A stretch of DNA of 54,758 bases, taken from contig NC_068982.1 in the NCBI RefSeq assembly GCF_001194135.2, positions 151,493,187 to 151,547,944 on the forward strand, in the 5' to 3' direction. The DNA comes from Octopus bimaculoides. Lineage: Eukaryota. The notes under the pieces were generated by a model. It worked only from the letters and a program-made list of their open reading frames with translations, was not told the origin of the DNA and made no database searches. The position numbers and the translations under genes were made by a program. This document shows, one piece after another, positions 49,517-54,758 of the stretch (position 1 is the first letter of the stretch; each line of letters begins with the position of its first letter).

Positions 49517-51372
49517 TTCCTTCTCTCTCGCTCTGTCTCGCTTTGACTCTCTCTCTTTCTCTACGTTACGTCATGTTTAGCTTATCTAAACCTGTCTGTA
49601 CCCCTGCCTCTGTTTCCATATGTCTCTCTCTCTCTCTCTCTCTGCATCACACTATCATCCTGTTTCCATTTGAGTTTCTACTCAAACTCTTTTTATTAAC
49701 ATTTTTGTTCTACAGTTTGTTGTAATTATTTCAACAAAGGTCAGTTAGGATCAATGCATTCATATATAATCCATTGAATATTTAAGAAATTGTGTGATAT
49801 GTGAGAGAATATATACTCTTTTCGGAATCACTACCAGGAATACATTCATTACAGCCACTTTTACTACTAATCCCACTACCAATAATACTACCTTCTCCAA
49901 GATTTCCATTATCTCTCTCTATGTACCCTCTTCTCCTCTCACTCCTCCTCATCCCTCATTCTCCTCATCCTCATCCTCATCCTCATCATTATTGTTTGCA
50001 ACAACAGCTACTACAGGAACAGCAAATACGTAATTTTCAGTGCAACAATTTGCACCTCAGATGGTTCTTGATTGATTGACTTTCCTCTTATTGTATCAGT
50101 CCTCTTTTCATTCACCTAATAAGATGGTATAAAGTACTGCACTAATTGTATACTAACATAATGAGTGACCACGACCAAAATACCGCAACTTCCCACATCC
50201 TTACAATTGTAGTGATAAATAAATGACACTTGTCAGATGGATTAGCGATAAAATTTCCTGCTATGGTACTTTCATACTAGGACTAAATTAGTTTTCATCC
50301 CTGAGGCTGAATTATATAAGGTTTTTCAATTAATTTTATTCCTTTTCCTTTCACTCACTTCCATAAAAACGAAAATCAAGCAGGAAAAATTCATCGCGTA
50401 TCTAGGCAACAGTCATTACGAGACTAGAAAAAATATTTTATGTTGTATAGGACGGTTCTACACCAATTTTCTTTTCCATGCTTTTTAAATTACTAAACCT
50501 TGCTAAATAGGTTACTTACACCTGCTCTGTAAGAAATGCCTTTCACTGCTCTGTAAATATTGTTGCTTTAAGCAAATCCTACAAATTATTAATGCTTATT
50601 GTAGTAGTAGCAATAGTTTGATTTTCATTAACGTTTATACACACATACACATTTAAAAACCCTGCTTCCCTACACACACACACACACACGCACGCACGCA
50701 CACACACACACACACACAGTTACATACCTATTTACATCCATCCATCCATCCATCCATCCATCCATCCATCCATCCATCCATCCATATACACACTGATCTA
50801 TAAATACTTACATATATATGCATACATGCCAAACAACATATAGATTAGATCAACATGTGGGGTTCAGAAGTAATTTATATCATTAAAACATTACTTGATA
50901 TTTTTTGTATCCAATACGTCAATATAAATCCTGTGGGATCGTGCGGGGCAAAAAAAATAAGCATATATGAACTCATTCTGCATGGGCTACTACAGGTCAG
51001 TTGTTGATGTTCAGACCTAAGGTCAGCCCGCATCGAGTAGAATTATGCATGAAGAAATGTTTTCTTATCTTGAACATCCCTTCTTTTTTATTCATGCATG
51101 GTGTAATGTCACATTACATGATGTGTATATTTTTGTTAAGATAATATGTGTTTGAGTGGGGTTTAGCTGCCATTTCTTGCGGATCGTGCAACCACGTAGT
51201 AGCTTTCTTCACCAGTTTGTTGATTCTGTAGTCCAGTTTTAGTATATGATGTAAGCTATATGTTTTCAGCTAATGTGTGGGTGGGACTAAGAACGAACGC
51301 ATGTGTATATGTAATATATATGAATATGTATATCTATGCGTGTGTATGTATGAATGTATGAATGTATACATA

Positions 51373-51408
<36 letters not shown>

Positions 51409-51763
51409 GTAGCAGGACGAAGGAAAAGGAAAAATATACACAGATGTGGACATGCTCAACCGTCAACAGTTATATTTATATATATATATATATATNNNNN
51501 NNNNNNNNNNNNNNNNNNNNNNNNNNNNNNNNNNNNNNNNNNNNNNNNNNNNNNNNNNNNNNNNNNNNNNNNNNNNNNNNNNNNNNNNNNNNNNNNNNNN
51601 NNNNNNNNNNNNNNNNNNNNNNNNNNNNNNNNNNNNNNNNNNNNNNNNNNNNNNNNNNNNNNNNNNNNNNNNNNNNNNNNNNNNNNNNNNNNNNNNNNNN
51701 NNNNNNNNNNNNNNNGCGTGTGCGCGTGTGTGTGTGTGTGCGATAGCGTAAGTGAGTGAGTGT

Positions 51764-51814
<51 letters not shown>

Positions 51815-52342
51815 ATTGTATGAGATAAAGGTAAAAAGTTTCTGTAAAAACCATGAAACAAAGAGAAAAGTCAAGAGCGGGTGTGAAGGAGATACGGGTT
51901 GATAGGAAACTAAACAGAACAATAAAAGACTACAAGACTGAGAAATACATATGTAAAGTTTGCAATATACATACACAAAGTAAATGCAGCGCGTGCGAGC
52001 GAGAGAGGGAGATGAACAGAAAAAGTGGGGTGAACACCGATCCTTAGGCACATTTATGTATATGTTCATATTTATATAAGTGTGTGTGTGTGTATCTGTA
52101 TCTATGTACATGTGTATTTGTATGTATATGCATATATGTGTTCATCATTTACATCAACAAAAAAGATCAAATAACAAAAGAATGGTATAAAACTATAAAA
52201 AACGTTATGTGACAGATGTGAAGGAAGAGAAGGAATTAGACAGCAAAGTGTCAGGGGTCGGAGTGGGAGAGGAATACCTTTGTGACCTGGTAATCTTAGA
52301 ATTACCTCGGTGTAAGGGGCTGCACAACAACACATCATCGTC

Positions 52343-52410
52343 ATCAACATCACCACCACCACTACAACCACCATCATCACCACTACCACCATCACCACCA
52401 CCACTATCAC

Positions 52411-52441
<31 letters not shown>

Positions 52442-52582
52442 GTCATCATCATCATAAGCATCATCGTCGTCGTCGTCGTCATCATCGTCATCATCACGAT
52501 TATCATCGTTTTTGTCATCGTTAGTGTTTTTTTTCTCGCTGATTTCGTAGTCAGTCGTAATCGCTATCGAACATAAAGTACA

Positions 52583-52672
<90 letters not shown>
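52343..52672. repeat. compound trinucleotide tract (CAC/CAT/CGT, ACT/GCT)
   Basis: Directly visible; source of the poly-S/D/M ORFs. Confidence 0.95.
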
Positions 52673-52673
<1 letters not shown>

Positions 52674-54378
52674 TGCAATGGAAATATCGTAGCCCTCTTA
52701 ATAGTATATCAATTTATTCTAAATTACATATTTCTAAGAGTTACGCGGGAAAAGAATTAGATTTTATACTCTCTTGAGAGAATAAACAATGTTCATAATC
52801 CATAGACAATACATACAGAGGGCTTGATTTCATTCTACTTCAGTCTCATTCAGCTTTGATGCTCTCAAAACCACATATGCCTTTTATAAGAAACTACATA
52901 TATATCAACAGTCCAAATAAAAAAAAATGAATTACCTTATGATATAAAATCAGATCTCGAGGCAAAATGGTGTGATATAACACATAACGTGTTAAATTCT
53001 TTAATTTGAAAGAAAAGCAAATCATGATTTACTCTTTTTTTAAAGAAGAGGCGCTCATGACCTTCGCAGGTTCTCCCCAGACTGATGAGATCGATATCGT
53101 CGATATTTATTTTAAACAACTTCAAATCGACGACAGCACGAAAATATAGGCTGGTGCTTTAGGCGGTGAGGGGCGTAAAATTGTTAGAATGGGGCCTAGG
53201 GTGACAAGAATAGACGCGATTAGTGCACGGGTTGACCTGGGTGGAGTTAGCTCCGAGAAACAGGAGTCATTATAATAGTGGTAGTAAAAGCACAATAAGA
53301 TCGCAAACGTTGATGGACTAAAGATTCTAGATAGGCGGACTGTCTGAGAGACATTAATAATCCTCGCTAGACTGAACTCATTAGAAACCTAGCTCAACGA
53401 AATACCAATCATGCGTTTGCCGAAACCACATGCCTCTTTAAATCACTATTTGACATAGTTTACTCTAATGCTTATATTCGTACGAGATCTCTAATTTGGA
53501 GGCCATGAAAAAAGTTTCATATGTGCTGACCCTCCTCCTATAACAGTTTAGGAAAGCAACAAACGAAGCATACTTTTCGCGTTGTTTTTAGAGAAGTGCA
53601 GAAAATATATGTGTTTGGAAATATATACTATTTTACATTTACTGTTATGGTGACTCTCTTAGCCTTACCATTATATATTATATCCTTAATCTATAGCTAA
53701 CAAGAAAGACTCTATTCCATCACTCGACTAGCGAGAAATGGTAGCGCAGTCTCTTTCAAATTCTACTCTGCCGCCTTAAATAGAGAAAGGATTATACATT
53801 ACATAATAAGTCCTTGATATATAAAACTGATAAGGCGGTCACATCTAGAATGCATTTCGTCAGAGTTATACTTGATAAAATTAACCTAGGATAAAACAGC
53901 AACGGTAAAAACATCTTCTGGCGCTACTTGTATTTATCAGAATAAACAATACAATAAATAGTACAGTAAAGACTTACATAATACTAGACAGCAGCATACA
54001 GTAATACACTTTTACACAATGACAACTGCTAGCTGTAGTAGCAGCACCAGTAGCTTCGAGTGGTAGATTAAGTCTGTCGCCTGGTTTTGCACCACTGCAT
54101 AGTACTTGGGCCTTTACCAAAGTACAAACTATTGCAATTATTCAGACATCTGCCGGACTAGGATAACGTTCACCCATTCGCTTAGAAGTCTAAGGTTCTG
54201 AATAATCAAATAAAAGAAGAGAAAAAAATGAAAATAAGCAATGATATCAGTAATTACTATGTCAGAACCAGGGAGTTAGTCTACATGGTTGGTTGTTTAA
54301 ATTTCTAGAAGCAGTAATTAAACCTCTTTCAAATCACATTAAACTATCTTGGACAAAGGAAGGTTACTAGAATTAATC

Positions 54379-54409
54379 TAGAAATTCCTAAAACAACGGC
54401 GACTGCTGC

Positions 54410-54497
<88 letters not shown>

Positions 54498-54498
54498 G

Positions 54499-54547
<49 letters not shown>

Positions 54548-54548
54548 G
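54379..54548. repeat. (GCT)n(ACT)n(ATT)n compound microsatellite
   Basis: Directly visible; the ATT part abuts the LINE 3' end. Confidence 0.96.
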
Positions 54549-54758
54549 TTCAGTAGTTTTATTTTTATAACGTGCTTTCACTTCACTACCGAGCGCAGCT
54601 CTGTGCGCCTTGGGTATGTGCTGCGGTGCTCTTATGGTTACTGTATTGAAAGTGTCTTGCGTAGGATGTGTGCTGTGCCCAGTAATGCAATTTTCTGTAT
54701 GTTATATATATTTGTAAGTTCTGGTGTTTTTGTTATGTATTTGTCTGAATATTTTTTT
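54549..54758 (-). mobile_element. R4/Dong-like RLE LINE 3' end (continues beyond window)
   Basis: Minus strand: KKYSDKYITKTPELTNIYNIQKIALLGTAHILRKTLSIQ* with no stops, ~90-nt 3' UTR, then (AAT)n. Same C-terminal motif as the copy at 2732-4250. Confidence 0.87.

Noticed and set aside
52927-53125. Minus ORF 52937-53125 and possible 63-nt exon ending at donor AAG/GTAATT
   Set aside because: Weak AAG acceptor, no motif, expected by chance.
53082-53130. CTGATGA followed by the near-palindrome gatcgatatcgtc as a hammerhead
   Set aside because: Followed by GATA, not GAAA, and no stem I or III.

Overview
AT-rich eukaryotic (animal) genomic DNA from a draft assembly with 16 N-gaps and a very high microsatellite load. 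The SINE families and repeat landscape look like an Octopus/cephalopod genome; this is inference from recalled repeat sequences, not a database match. I found no intact, confidently assignable protein-coding gene, rRNA, true tRNA or CRISPR array. Nearly all long ORFs in the track are microsatellite or N-gap artefacts, or antisense shadows of transposon relics. The window is a layered transposon graveyard: three RLE-type (R4/Dong-like) LINE pieces, one with the whole RT core cleanly missing; three CR1-group LINE pieces; an RTE-type RT fragment; a mariner relic; a ~3 kb decayed Helitron Rep-helicase; a decayed Ty1/Copia RT-RNaseH; a TIR MITE with an 8-bp flanking duplication; an inverted-repeat Penelope-like unit; and >10 tRNA-type SINEs. 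Possible host-gene remnants are a 115-codon CUB-like ORF (26.4-26.75 kb, +) and a weak GPCR-like relic (8.5-9.0 kb, -). I did not find convincing evidence for a wholly new biological system. The best leads are the RT-less RLE LINE, the inverted-repeat unit with hammerhead-core-like motifs, and the Copia relic carrying a perfect hairpin. All motif matches were made by eye from manual translation.
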